DNA of 46,591 bases from Trichomonas gallinae (taxonomy: Eukaryota). Shown in pieces: positions 1 through 11,700 of the stretch. The notes beneath the pieces were generated by a model. It ran no database searches. It saw only the letters and a program-made list of their open reading frames with translations, and was not told the DNA's origin. The stretch is from NCBI GenBank assembly GCA_008369845.1, contig MRSU01001653.1:1-46591 (forward strand), written 5' to 3'. Position numbers and translations under genes: made by a program. Every line of letters starts with the position of its first letter. Position 1 is the stretch's first letter.

Positions 1-510
1 AGAGGAGATATTAAGGTAGTAATATGCCTATTCCATACTTCATATTATACCAATATATACTGTATTTGTTTTATTGTTCTTAATAAACTCCTTTTATGAG
101 AAAAAATTTGGACAAGTTTGCTCCCTAAGGTCGCTCCTATATTTGAGGGCTTTTTGATCGTTTTTTCTCTCAATTCCTCTCAATAGGGGCCATCTTCGGT
201 CAACCAGTTTATTTTCCAGAAAAACACAAATTGTAGATGTGCAGCTATAAACTTATCCGCATTTGTTATCGATCAATTTTTATTAATTTTGAAATAAAAT
301 TATCTAAGATATTATAGAACCAAGATCTGTAGATTTGATCGATAACAAATTTTGCAACCGATTATTCAATAGCAATGCTAAGTTAATGCAGAAACATGAA
401 TTTTATTTGCAAATTTTGTGTTAATCAATCCAAAATTCAAGTATGTTGTAAATATGATGGTTATTCGGTCATTGTTGTATCCGCCAATGATGAGATCACA
501 AACCGCCACA

Positions 511-518
511 AACCGTTT
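511..518 (+). promoter_or_regulatory. Putative M3/Myb-type core promoter element (AACCGTTT)
   Basis: Lies 13-20 nt upstream of ATG 531, within a CACAAACCG direct repeat (497-505, 507-515). Fits the trichomonad DRCSGTTD consensus as I recall it. A similar GGCGGTTA lies near the legumain start (22976-22983). Confidence 0.35.
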
Positions 519-530
519 TCCATATTTTGA

Positions 531-2651
531 ATGTTGCGCAATTTATTGTTAAGTAAGAATTTGAATTCACAACTTAGTGATCCGTACTATATTTATAATC
601 AGGCATTCAATGAATGTAGTTCTGAGCAACAAAATGTTTTTGAATTAAAAGAAGACAATCAAATTAAGGCATGGTCATTCGAACTCGAGCCAAATCAGAA
701 AATATGCCTCGTAGGTAACGCTATACTTGCGGCAAATGACACTTTTCATGGTGTAACAAAATTAGTAATTCCAAAAGGCGAAAATGAATGGCAATTTGAT
801 TCAAATGTCACAGATATAGATAATCCTTTATTCGTTTTAACTAAAATCCCAGAAGATCATAATTCTCCGGCAACATATGACAAACCACCTATAACTTTAT
901 TATCATGCAGCGAAGGAAAAAGTTGCAAGATTCAGGCTTTGCAGTTAACACAGTCCTACTACACAACAATAACAACAAAGCCAGGAAAGATCCACCAAGC
1001 ACACAGAGTCAGAGTAACAACGAAATCATCAGGAGTTGGAAATAACGATAAAAAGATTATTCAGCCTACTGTTTTTACTGAAGATGCAACAACAATGTAT
1101 GACACATATCACATTCTATCCAAAGAGAACCGTTCATATTCATACAAGAAGTACACAAATGACATGGAATTGACAATCATGCCTGATGAAGACACTGAGC
1201 CGCTCGAAGGAAAATTGAATTTAGCAAATTCTAGTTTCGCAGCAACAGGAACATTCAGAGATTTAGAAAATCCAAAGTCAACATACTGCACAATCTCATA
1301 CCAGACAATTGGTATCGGAGAAGCAGAATGGTTCTTCCCCGAAGTCGATGTAACACTTTCATCAAAAGGTGGTGTTTACACAATCGAAACAGCTGATGTC
1401 CCTTTCCCAGTAACACCACAGCCGCCGAAGCCACCAATTGATTATGATCAGGCTTTTTCTGACTGCACACATTCATTAGGAAACATAGTTTATCAGACGA
1501 ATTTGTCTGAACCAGTTATAGAGAAAACAATCGAAGCAGGTAAGAAACTTTGCCTTGTCGGAAACATCATGATTTCAAGTGATGAGCAATTCACAGCAAG
1601 ACCAGCTTACCCGAAGGAGAACTCTTTCGAATATGGAACTGAGACTGCAAATCCTTTGTTAGTTTTGATGAAGATCGGAATCAATGCTTATCCGAACGAA
1701 CATATCGAAGAATACCCAATTTCACTCATTAAATGCGCTGATGCTGCTAAAAGCTGCACAATACACACAAAGGGAATTCCTGTCTCTTACTACAACGAAT
1801 TAAAGCTCAGCGGAAAGTCTGTCAAAGGTGGTGCTAAAGTTATCATCAACACAAAGACAGAAGGAAATCAAACAATTCAAAGCCGTTATAATTTCACTGA
1901 TGATGAAATTGTTGGAGTTACTTCTCACGCTGTTTTCCTCAACAAAGAAACAAGAACATTCGAATATTCTCGTGATGAAGCTTGCCAATTCGCTGCTTAT
2001 CCAACAGCTGATACAACTAAATTATCAGGAAGCCTTTCAGCATCTAGCTATTATTCATTTGTGTCTAACTGCTATCCGAACTACACACAAAACCAAGTTT
2101 ATGATATCAACATCACATTTGCTAAAACTAAAACTCTCAATGATGATAAATGGTTCTTCCCAGAAGATCTTGAGATAACAATCCCAGCTGCTGGTGGAAT
2201 TTTTACAAAGGAAAATGCTGACCAAACATATCCACTCGATCCACCTACACCAACTCCACATCCAACTCCAACAGTTGAACCAACAGCAACGCCAGGACCA
2301 GAGCCAACTGCAACACCAGGACCAGAACCAACATCAGGACCAGTACCAACTGCAACACCAGGACCAGAACCAACATCAGGACCAGTACCAACTGCAACAC
2401 CAGGACCGGAGCCAACATCAGGACCAGAGCCAACAATCAGACCAGAACCAACTACAGTTGAGCCAACACCGAAGCCAGAGCCCACACCTGACCATCAGAA
2501 GAGACGTACTATTATCATTGCTAGTGCAGCCGCTGGTGGTGGTGTTGCTCTCATCATTATCATTGTCGTCGTTGTTTGCGTTATCAAGAAAAGGAAGGGC
2601 GACACATTTGAATCTATTCTTGATACATCCGGACTATTGACAGGTATTTAA
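531..2651 (+). CDS. Type I membrane/surface protein with two tandem ~280-aa homologous ectodomains, Pro/Thr stalk, TM helix and short cytosolic tail
   Basis: 706-aa ATG ORF. Duplicated motifs YNQAF/YDQAF, KICLVGN/KLCLVGN, WFFPE/WFFPE. PT-rich repeats, hydrophobic stretch TIIIASAAAGGGVALIIIIVVVVCVI followed by KKRK. Stop is TAAA. Confidence 0.85.
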   Translation: MLRNLLLSKNLNSQLSDPYYIYNQAFNECSSEQQNVFELKEDNQIKAWSFELEPNQKICLVGNAILAANDTFHGVTKLVIPKGENEWQFDSNVTDIDNPLFVLTKIPEDHNSPATYDKPPITLLSCSEGKSCKIQALQLTQSYYTTITTKPGKIHQAHRVRVTTKSSGVGNNDKKIIQPTVFTEDATTMYDTYHILSKENRSYSYKKYTNDMELTIMPDEDTEPLEGKLNLANSSFAATGTFRDLENPKSTYCTISYQTIGIGEAEWFFPEVDVTLSSKGGVYTIETADVPFPVTPQPPKPPIDYDQAFSDCTHSLGNIVYQTNLSEPVIEKTIEAGKKLCLVGNIMISSDEQFTARPAYPKENSFEYGTETANPLLVLMKIGINAYPNEHIEEYPISLIKCADAAKSCTIHTKGIPVSYYNELKLSGKSVKGGAKVIINTKTEGNQTIQSRYNFTDDEIVGVTSHAVFLNKETRTFEYSRDEACQFAAYPTADTTKLSGSLSASSYYSFVSNCYPNYTQNQVYDINITFAKTKTLNDDKWFFPEDLEITIPAAGGIFTKENADQTYPLDPPTPTPHPTPTVEPTATPGPEPTATPGPEPTSGPVPTATPGPEPTSGPVPTATPGPEPTSGPEPTIRPEPTTVEPTPKPEPTPDHQKRRTIIIASAAAGGGVALIIIIVVVVCVIKKRKGDTFESILDTSGLLTGI
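2304..2429 (+). repeat. 42-bp coding tandem repeat (PTATPGPEPTSGPV) x3 within a larger P/T stalk
   Basis: Units start at 2304, 2346 and 2388 (ccaactgcaacaccaggacc...). Confidence 0.9.
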
Positions 2652-2739
2652 ACTAATAAAAAACAAACACAGCTGATTTAACAAAATTTATTTAAAATAA
2701 TAAAAAATATAAATAAAAATAAAAATCAATTTGAGAATA

Positions 2740-5700
2740 TTACTGTGGTTGTTGTTGGTATTGTTGTTGGAGTTGATAAGGTGAGTAAAATTGATATTGT
2801 TGTGCTAATGAATCATTTCCATACATTTGCATCTGATACATGTCTTGCATCATCTGTTGATTTGTTTGCTGGTAGTTCTGTAATCCAAAGCTTTGCTGAG
2901 GCTGTTGTTGATATTGTTGAGATCGATTGGCTTGAGATGCAATAACATTTTGCTGGTGGTCCTGATCACTTGTCTGATTTCTCATTTTGCTTTGTTGTGA
3001 AAATCCCGGTACAGTTGTTTGTGTTTGAGATGCTGAGTTTGTATTGCTTTGGGATATGTTACCTGATTGATTCATATTTTGTGGATTGAAGCCGAAGTTT
3101 TGCTGACCTATGCTTTGTTGCTGGTTAGTATTTAGAGGTGAAATGTTTTGTTGATTCATTCGACTGCTCAAAATATTTTGCTGAGATATCGATGGAGAAA
3201 TTGATTGATCCGTTCCGGTGTTTTCAACTTGAGATGTTTGTTGATTTTGGATCATTGTAGCTGTGCTATTAAATTGATTCATGTTTTGATTTTGTGGCAT
3301 GAAACCAAAGCCTTGCATGAAAGGCATCTGTTGAGATGATTGTGATTGATTAGAATTCATTTGTTGGTCAGAATTGTGGGTTGGAGCAGATCCTGTATTG
3401 TGTTGCACTGATGGCATTTGTTGACTAGGAATTTGAGATTTGCTCATTTGTTGAAGATTTTGTGAATTGAATTCAGTATTTTGTTGATTAGGGTTTTGAG
3501 GCGAAATGTTTTGTTGATTCATCTGGCCGTTCCTAATACTTTGTGGAGAAATTACATCGTTATTTTGTTGATTCATTTCAGAGTTTTGTGCTTGAGAATT
3601 TTGTTGATTCTGTTCAATTGTAGTTGTCTCATTAGATTGATTCATGTTTTGATTTGGGTATTGATTAATTGTTTGGTTATTTGGTGGCGTGAATGGTATC
3701 TGTTGGTCAGGATTTTGTGTTGGAGCAGATATTGCATTGTTTTTTATTGATAACATTTGCTGATTAGGATTTTGAGATTGATATGATTGTTGAAGATTTT
3801 GTAAATTGATGCCAGTGTTTTGCTGATTTATCAACTGACTGTTGATTATATTTTGCTGAGATATCCCAGGTACGTTTTGATGATATTGGCCATCATGTTG
3901 TGCTTGAGGATAGTGTTGATTCTGACCAAATCCTATATTGTTTTGCAAACCAGTGCCTTGTGTTTGGGATATTTGTTGAGGTGGAACAGCATTTAGTTGT
4001 TTGTTAGAAATTTGAGGTGGACTGGTTTGCTGATTCATCATTTGACTACTGTTAATATTTTGCTGTAAAATTCCTTGCATGGTTTGTTGATTTGACGCAA
4101 AGTTTGATGGAAACTGTTGCATGTTTTGTTGAGATGGATTAAATGATTGATCAGAATATTGATTCATCACTTGGTTATTGGCTATGATTTGTGGCGAAAT
4201 TGTTGGCATAGCTTGCTGATATGTTCCATTATTATTGAATTGATTCATCATTTGTGGCAGATTTGCAATAAAGCTTGGCATGAAAGGCATTTGTGGTGAA
4301 AACTGGTAATTTGGATTGAAAAGCATGTTGGGATACTGTAATTGATTCATCATTTGTGCTGGGTTGAATGAAGATTGATTTGCAAAATTCTGATTTTGTT
4401 GGCCAATATTTTGTTGCTGATTTACCTGAGTTGCCATAATATTCTGGGGAGAGAGAATTGACTGAGAAGGATTTTGATTGGTTTGTTGATTTGAAACATA
4501 GCTTTGCGAATTCATTGGCATTTGTTGATATGAGAAACCAGGAATTTGTTGGCTCATTGGATTACCTTGAACACCAAGCATGCTAGCAATTTGTTGAGAT
4601 ATATATGGAAAATTACCTGGAATATTAATCATATTAGGATCTTGGGGTGAAGCTAAATTTGCTGCTGTTGGTGCAATTTTAGGAATGCAAGATTGGAACA
4701 TCTCAAACATCTGTTGCACAACACTAAGTGGAACAGTTTGCTCGCTTGGATCATCCTGGTTGAAAGGTGATGCTTTTTTATCGGATTTTCGTTCTGAAGA
4801 GTTCATAATTTCTTCTGTTGTCGCATTGATTTTTCTTCTTAGTGTTTCAACATCTGTTTTTTCTTCTGGTATTTGATTGATATTCATTTGAATCTCTTTA
4901 GATCGAACAGCAGGCTCTGTCTGCTTTTGAATTTCTTTATTAACTTTCTCTTGATGTGATATCTCTTCCTGATTCTTTTTTGCCTGTATTTCCATCCCTC
5001 CTTGTTTAATAACTTCTATTGGATTCAATTCCGTACTTTTTTCTGCTGCTTTGTCATATTCAACAATTCCAGTTGCTTTTAATTCTTTCGGTTCTTCTTT
5101 AGGAGGCTGTTTAATTTTATTCAAATCAATTTTGTTGGCATTCTTGATAATATTTAACTTCTTGATGTCTTCATTCTTTATTGGTTCCAATTTCGTTGAT
5201 ATAGCTTGGCGTGGCTTCTTTTTAGGTGGAGGATCATATGGAATATCAGAAGTTTCCTTCATTGGATCTATATTTAATGATGAAACAGCGTTGTCTATGA
5301 TGCTTGTTATCATGTTCGAAATTTCTTTCTTAAGTACTTGTCCACCATCAGCGAATGTTTCTTTGCGCGATGTGAAATTGTATCCTTTACATTTATTATA
5401 GATTATTGAAAATGCATTGACTGCTTTCAATGCATCATCCTTTGTGTAGATAAAGCATACTTCAATCTGCTGTTTAGCAATCTGCATCATGTATGAAATA
5501 ACTTTTGCATCTTCTGATTTATCAATAATTCTATCTTGATCTGTCATCTTCTTTTGAGACTTTGAATTGAAATGTGTTCCATGGCAGCTTGCATCTGTTA
5601 TCATTATCATAATCTTTTTCGCATTGTTATCCCATTTCAATGACAAAACTTTTGTGAATGCCTGAACCCAGTCTTCTGGTCCATCACCTGCTCCGCCTTT

Positions 5701-8700
5701 AACTGGAACTGAATCAAAGTCATCAGGTGAAATTCCTCTGCCACCATGGTAGTTGAAATCCCAGACTGTTGCTTTATTTTTGTGGACCGATTGATTAAGT
5801 AATGTTGCCATTGCTTCATCTCTGAAGAAAACAGCTGCATATCTCACATCAAGATCTGAGTAATGTTCTCCAATATATTCCATTAATCTCTTGAATATTG
5901 ATTGCGCACCAGTAATCATTGATCTTTCAGTTTGCTTATCTGATTTGGATTCTAGTTCGTTCAGCATTGATTTTGTTCCATCGATGCAGAAACAGATTTC
6001 AATCTTTTTACCTTGAAGGAAATTGTAGTACTTAATTTGTGGTTTGTGTTTTGGTAATTGAATATCGAACTTCTGTGCTTTAAATGAGCGAGCAAGCTGT
6101 GGACTACCGAGTTGTCTTTCTCTTTTCTCGACAGAAACAAGCCAAACAGCAATGTTTTTAATGAATCTCAAAGTTCCTTCAGTTTCGAGTTCGTTGAATA
6201 ATCTGGTGAATGAGCCATCTAATATAATATCGCCTGCAATAGAATTCGCTGGTGAAACATAGTAAACGTTAGAAATGTTGCCACCCGTTGTATAAATAAA
6301 TGGTTGGAATTTGCCGAGATCAGCATCTCCAGGAATGCAAGAAATTGTGGTTCCCTCGAATAAATATTTGACATTGTATCCATATAGAGCTCTTCTAGCG
6401 CCAGGTACTTTAATGAATTTTCTTTCATCGAAGATTCCAGCATCATCTCCATCAACGTTCCCGAAAACAAGCCTCTTTCTTCCGGGCTCATCACGGCTGA
6501 ATCTGAATTTTGGTTTCTCTCCTTCGAGCTCAATCGCTTCGAGGAATTTATTCATTTCGTATGTAAGTGGATTATTGTCTGCAGCAATATACAAGCCTCC
6601 ACCATTTTGATGGAATTTAATTAATGCTTCAATGAATGAATCAATATAACAAGAAGTTCCATTTTCGTTGCATTCATCAGGCTTGCGATTATCACCACGT
6701 CCACATATGACCCACGCTTGTGAAAATTGGCCTGACTTGAGACAAAGTATTGCATCATTATAGTTTTGAACGATTTGATATTTAGCACCAAGATCTTTGA
6801 TTGATTTCGTGATTCCGTTTGCTCTTTCTAGATAGCTTTTAGTTATATACTTGCTTTCTCCTTTAACATTTGAAGGAAGCATTGCAACATCCCAGAATTG
6901 ACATATTAATACATTAATGTTCCAAATTTTTCCTTTACCAAGATCCATGATTTCATTTTGGTTAACATTCATGCTCGGTGCCATTGAATATGTTTTCTGC
7001 TCGTAATTTTTAACTCCAGGAAGCTGATACATACTTGGCTGATTGAAGCCTTTAGATGTTTGTATCTGTTGTATTACATTGATTGAGCCAGTTGGATCAA
7101 TAATCATATCACTTCTTTGACGAGTTTCTTCAACGAAATCGTTGTAATAGAATGAATAAGTGTTTTCTTTTCTTTCAATATTATCGAGCATCGTAAAGAT
7201 TTCTTCATAAACATGTTTCTTGTTGTTATCATTGATAATACCATCAATTTCTGCTTTTTCGACTTCAGTTGCTTCATATGATCTTATTTCAACATTGTTA
7301 GAGAATTTGCCTTTGATCATATCAATGAAAGCCTTAGGAATGAGATAAGGATTATCAGACCATATCGAATATTTAAATGTCTTTGTGATCATTTTTGGAT
7401 TGAAACCTATTCCAATGCCAATAACATTTGTATTTCTGTTTTCAAGAAGATAAATCAGTGATCCGATTTTTTCCCTTTCTGTGGCCGAAATTAAAGCATC
7501 ACTGAAGCAGATGCAAAATGATCTTTTCGCTTCTTGCTTAGCTCTAATCTCATAAACAGCAGTTAGTGCTGATGATATTTCTGATTTAAGATTAGGCGTT
7601 GAACAAATTTTATAAATTGATGCCCAAATTGGAGAATTTTCATCAAAAGCAGTTGAAACTGGAACTTCTTGACACAATTCAAAGACATTATTATCATTTG
7701 CCACGAATATCGTGCATGTTTCGAAGTCAGATGCTTTGAGAGAATACAATGTGCAGAAAATTGTATGGAGTGTTTCATTGACTGTGAATTTGTTGAAGCA
7801 ACTCATGTTTGTATCAATTATGATGAATAATGATTGAGAAAGAACATATCCCGAATTCTTTTCCAGGAAAATATTTTGTTCTTGTCCTTGAGTAATGTAG
7901 AATTGAAGCAAACCTTTCAATGAAATATTACTTCCTTTTGTGCTCTGTGAGAATTGAGTTGGCTTGTTTGGTTCAAAAGCAGAGAGCATCTTGTAATGAT
8001 TCAATTTGATTGGCTCAACAATTTGGTTTGGAAGTTGATAAATTTTTGTTGTAGTCGAGATGAAAGGTTCATGTGATTGAAATTCAATTGTATTAAATGG
8101 ATGAGCTTCTTGGATGATAGAATCATTGTAAGATGAATGGAATTCATTGAGATTTTCAAGATCTTTAATTGATGGTAATTTAATATTTGGTTCTACATCA
8201 TTAATATTCTTCAATTGTTGAACAACAACTTTATGAGTTTTGTTAGCATCAAAAATTACTTGATTGAAACCTCGCAAGAAAGCATTTGCTATTGATTGTG
8301 ATGGGAATAGAATATTTTCGTAATCTTCAATAAAGAAATAATCCATATAATTGAATTCTCTGTTAATTTTATTGATATTTTCTCCCAAGAATTTGTTCAA
8401 GAAATCGAAGTCATCTGGTTTGATGAGTGAATTCAAAAGCATTGAGACATGAGTGTTTTGATCCTTCAAAATCTTAATGTATGCTTCTGTTTGATTGAGA
8501 TTGCTGAACAAACCATCTGATACTACATATATTGTTCTCTTCCTTGACTGAAGTGGAATATTTCTGCATTTGTCTAACGCATCTGCAAGATCAGTAAGTT
8601 TACGACTGACTGAATATGCATCTAGAGCAAGTTGAATGTGTTCTTGTGTTAAAACTTGACAACTGCTCTTGATCATGAATTGGAATCCATTGTCACAAAA

Positions 8701-11700
8701 GGCAACTAAATTTGTAGGAACGTGCAGCAATTCCAATGAAATTGCCAAAGCTGTGAAAAGTGTAAACAAAGATGATCTTTGCTCGCCAATTGACATACTT
8801 GTATCTAGTAGAATTACAGCATCTGAACTCTCAAACAATTCAATATTCTCGGCCGCTAGATTTAGAATTGCTTGTACTAATGGAATTGCTGCATCAATCA
8901 TTGGTTGAACTTTGATTTCTTGATGCTGATCAATAATTTCTTTTGTTCTGTCTTTCATCCATTCATAGTCTTTGTGAACACTAGGTACAAATTTTGTTGA
9001 AGAATTTCCTTTCATTTCGTTCAAAATCCATTCATCGATTTCGCCAGTTTCGGTTTGTTGTGAAGAAAATGTTTCAGTTCTTCCCTCGTCTTTATTTGCC
9101 TTTTTAGCAATTCTGATGCTTAGACCAGTTGAACGATTTGGTTTTTCAACAGATATCTCATTTTTACCTGAAACTTGCTTTGATTCATTTTGTTCTGTGT
9201 TTGAGGAATTATCAGTATCAATTAAAACGTCAGCAATATTTGTCCATGTATCTTCAACATCTGGACGAACTGTTGATGGGAAAATGCAATCTGATCTTCC
9301 ATCACCATATAGTTTTGTATTCATTTCATCATAGCATTGTTTGAAGTATTCTGTCATCGACATTAACGAATTATTTTCGTCAGTGTTATCAACAACCTCA
9401 ATCCAATTATGAACTGTTTCTAAGAATTTGCTGCATTTATTATGAAGATTATTTTGTTTGTTTGGTTTTTGAATCGCGGCTAAAACTATGTTTGGCATGC
9501 TTTTACAAACTTCAAAAGAATCTGAAAGAATTCTGAAAATATTGTTCATTGTCTGTATTACTGGAATTACGGATGATTTTTCAAACTTTTCGAACTTCAT
9601 ATCTGATCCATCAGAATTAATTTCTAATCTTTTGTCTTCCTGAAATTCTGGTTTATCTCTTGTTGTAACATTATTTGAACCTGAATCAAACCTGATATAT
9701 TTTGTCTTAGATTCAATGTGTTTTTCCATCGATTGGAATATAATTTCAACATTTGCTTTGTCAACAATTTTTCCAATTGTTTCTTTGATCTTTTCAGAAC
9801 TAGCACTGTCGAATGCGTTTTGAGAATTTAATATAGGATATGCTTGATCAATGCTCAGGTTATGATATACATCATGTAATACCTTAAAACCTATATTTTG
9901 TTTTGTTTCAACTAGATCTTGAAGTAACTTTTTGACATGAGCTTTGAAAATCATATCAATGGAATCAATATCACTTTGGTCAATACGGCAATCAATTTTA
10001 ATATTCTTTGATTGCTGCGACAAAATTTGATTAAAATTATCGGAAATATTTAACTTAATATTCTGCTTCATAATTAAATCAATTCGTGTCTGGAACAATT
10101 TCTTCAAGAAATTCATAAAATCGCCATTTGTAACATGCTTTTTGGTTTTGAGGTCGTTAAATGTCATCAGTTCATCTTTTGATATTTCAATTCCATTTAC
10201 CAAACAATCGATAAGACCAATGAAATTTGGATGATTTTCAATTATCTTTTTGACTGTTTCGAAATCAGAGTAGTTCGGGAACCAGAGTCGACGCGACTTA
10301 TTTTTATCTTCATGTTTAGAAAATGTACTATAACTTGAAACTTTCTTTAATATGACTCTATACGGATTCCTAACTCTGTATGTTGGAGACCATGTAAATC
10401 TTCCATTTTCTTCAACGGCAAAACAGTCATATTTTATATTGTTTGGTGATTCAACCAAGCTCATATTATTTTGGCCGTAATGAACTGAGATATTTAGGCT
10501 TTCATTAATTTCAGCATAAGAAAACTTCGAATAGACAAGTGCATTTTTGTACTCTCTTAACTTTTTGACGCTTTGAACATCAGTCATTTTATTGGATTTT
10601 GAATCAAACATGTAAATTGGGATTTGTGGAATTTGAGCACTTTGTGGAACATCATACACAACTTTCTGATCAGTAAATCTAATATAGCATGGTACAACTT
10701 GAAATTCTCTGAAGATTTCAATTCCAGATTTTTCTAATGATGCAGTAACAATTAATGGTCTTATTTTCACTTCTTTATATTTGAATCGAATTGAAAAACT
10801 CGTTTCTTCGCAAATCTTATTTGATGTTAGATTTTTACGTATTTTGAAAATTGTACCTATATTATCGCCATATTTAATTGCAAGACTTGATTTTTGATTT
10901 TCTGAACGGATAACTATATTCAGCACATCATTTGAAAACAGTGAATATGATTTAAACAATATTTGATACTCACAGAAAAGATTACCTGCATATATAGTGT
11001 TTGTATCATCATATATGCTCCTTTGTAAATTGCATATTTGAAGAATTGTTGGCCTTTTAACAACTTTGCCTTCAAGCAAGATTTTCTTTGACTCTTCTGC
11101 TGGCAAATTAACATTGACATCCATGGAAACCGTGGATACATTAGGGAATGATATGTATGAAACTATATTTTTATCATCATATTCTACCAATGGTGGTTCG
11201 TTTTGAGTGGAGCCGCTATGTTTTTTGAAGCTAAGTTTATGATGAATTGGAGCATTAAACTTGTTAATTACTTTTATGGGGATTTTTTCGTCAGTGAAAA
11301 TTATTCCTTTTTGGAGAAGAAAAGAGTCCCTTATAGGATCATAAACAAAACGATTGCCTTCAGATGAAATATATATTGGAGTTTGTTTGAATGACATTGT
11401 AACATTAATTGGAAAATATCTATCTGAAATCTTCAAACAGCCTGTTTTAACTATTGTTTCGTCTGAAAATGGTGGAATTTCGACAAAAATTTTAAGTGAT
11501 GATTGGAGAAATTCTATATAAAATCCAGGATCAGAAAGTTCGAAATCGTTTGCTGAAAATTTTCCTGTAATAGGAATTGAAATCTGGAAAGGAGTAGTTT
11601 CGAATTGATTAATATCTCTCAGCTTAAAATCTAAAGATTTGAAACTGCAATCAACATTATTGTCTTGATCTTTGGAAATTAAAGGTGCAAAAATATGATT

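Noticed and set aside
2099..2640. Antisense G/V/P-rich and alternative-frame Q/H/D-rich ORFs
   Set aside because: Shadow translations of the Pro/Thr stalk repeats.
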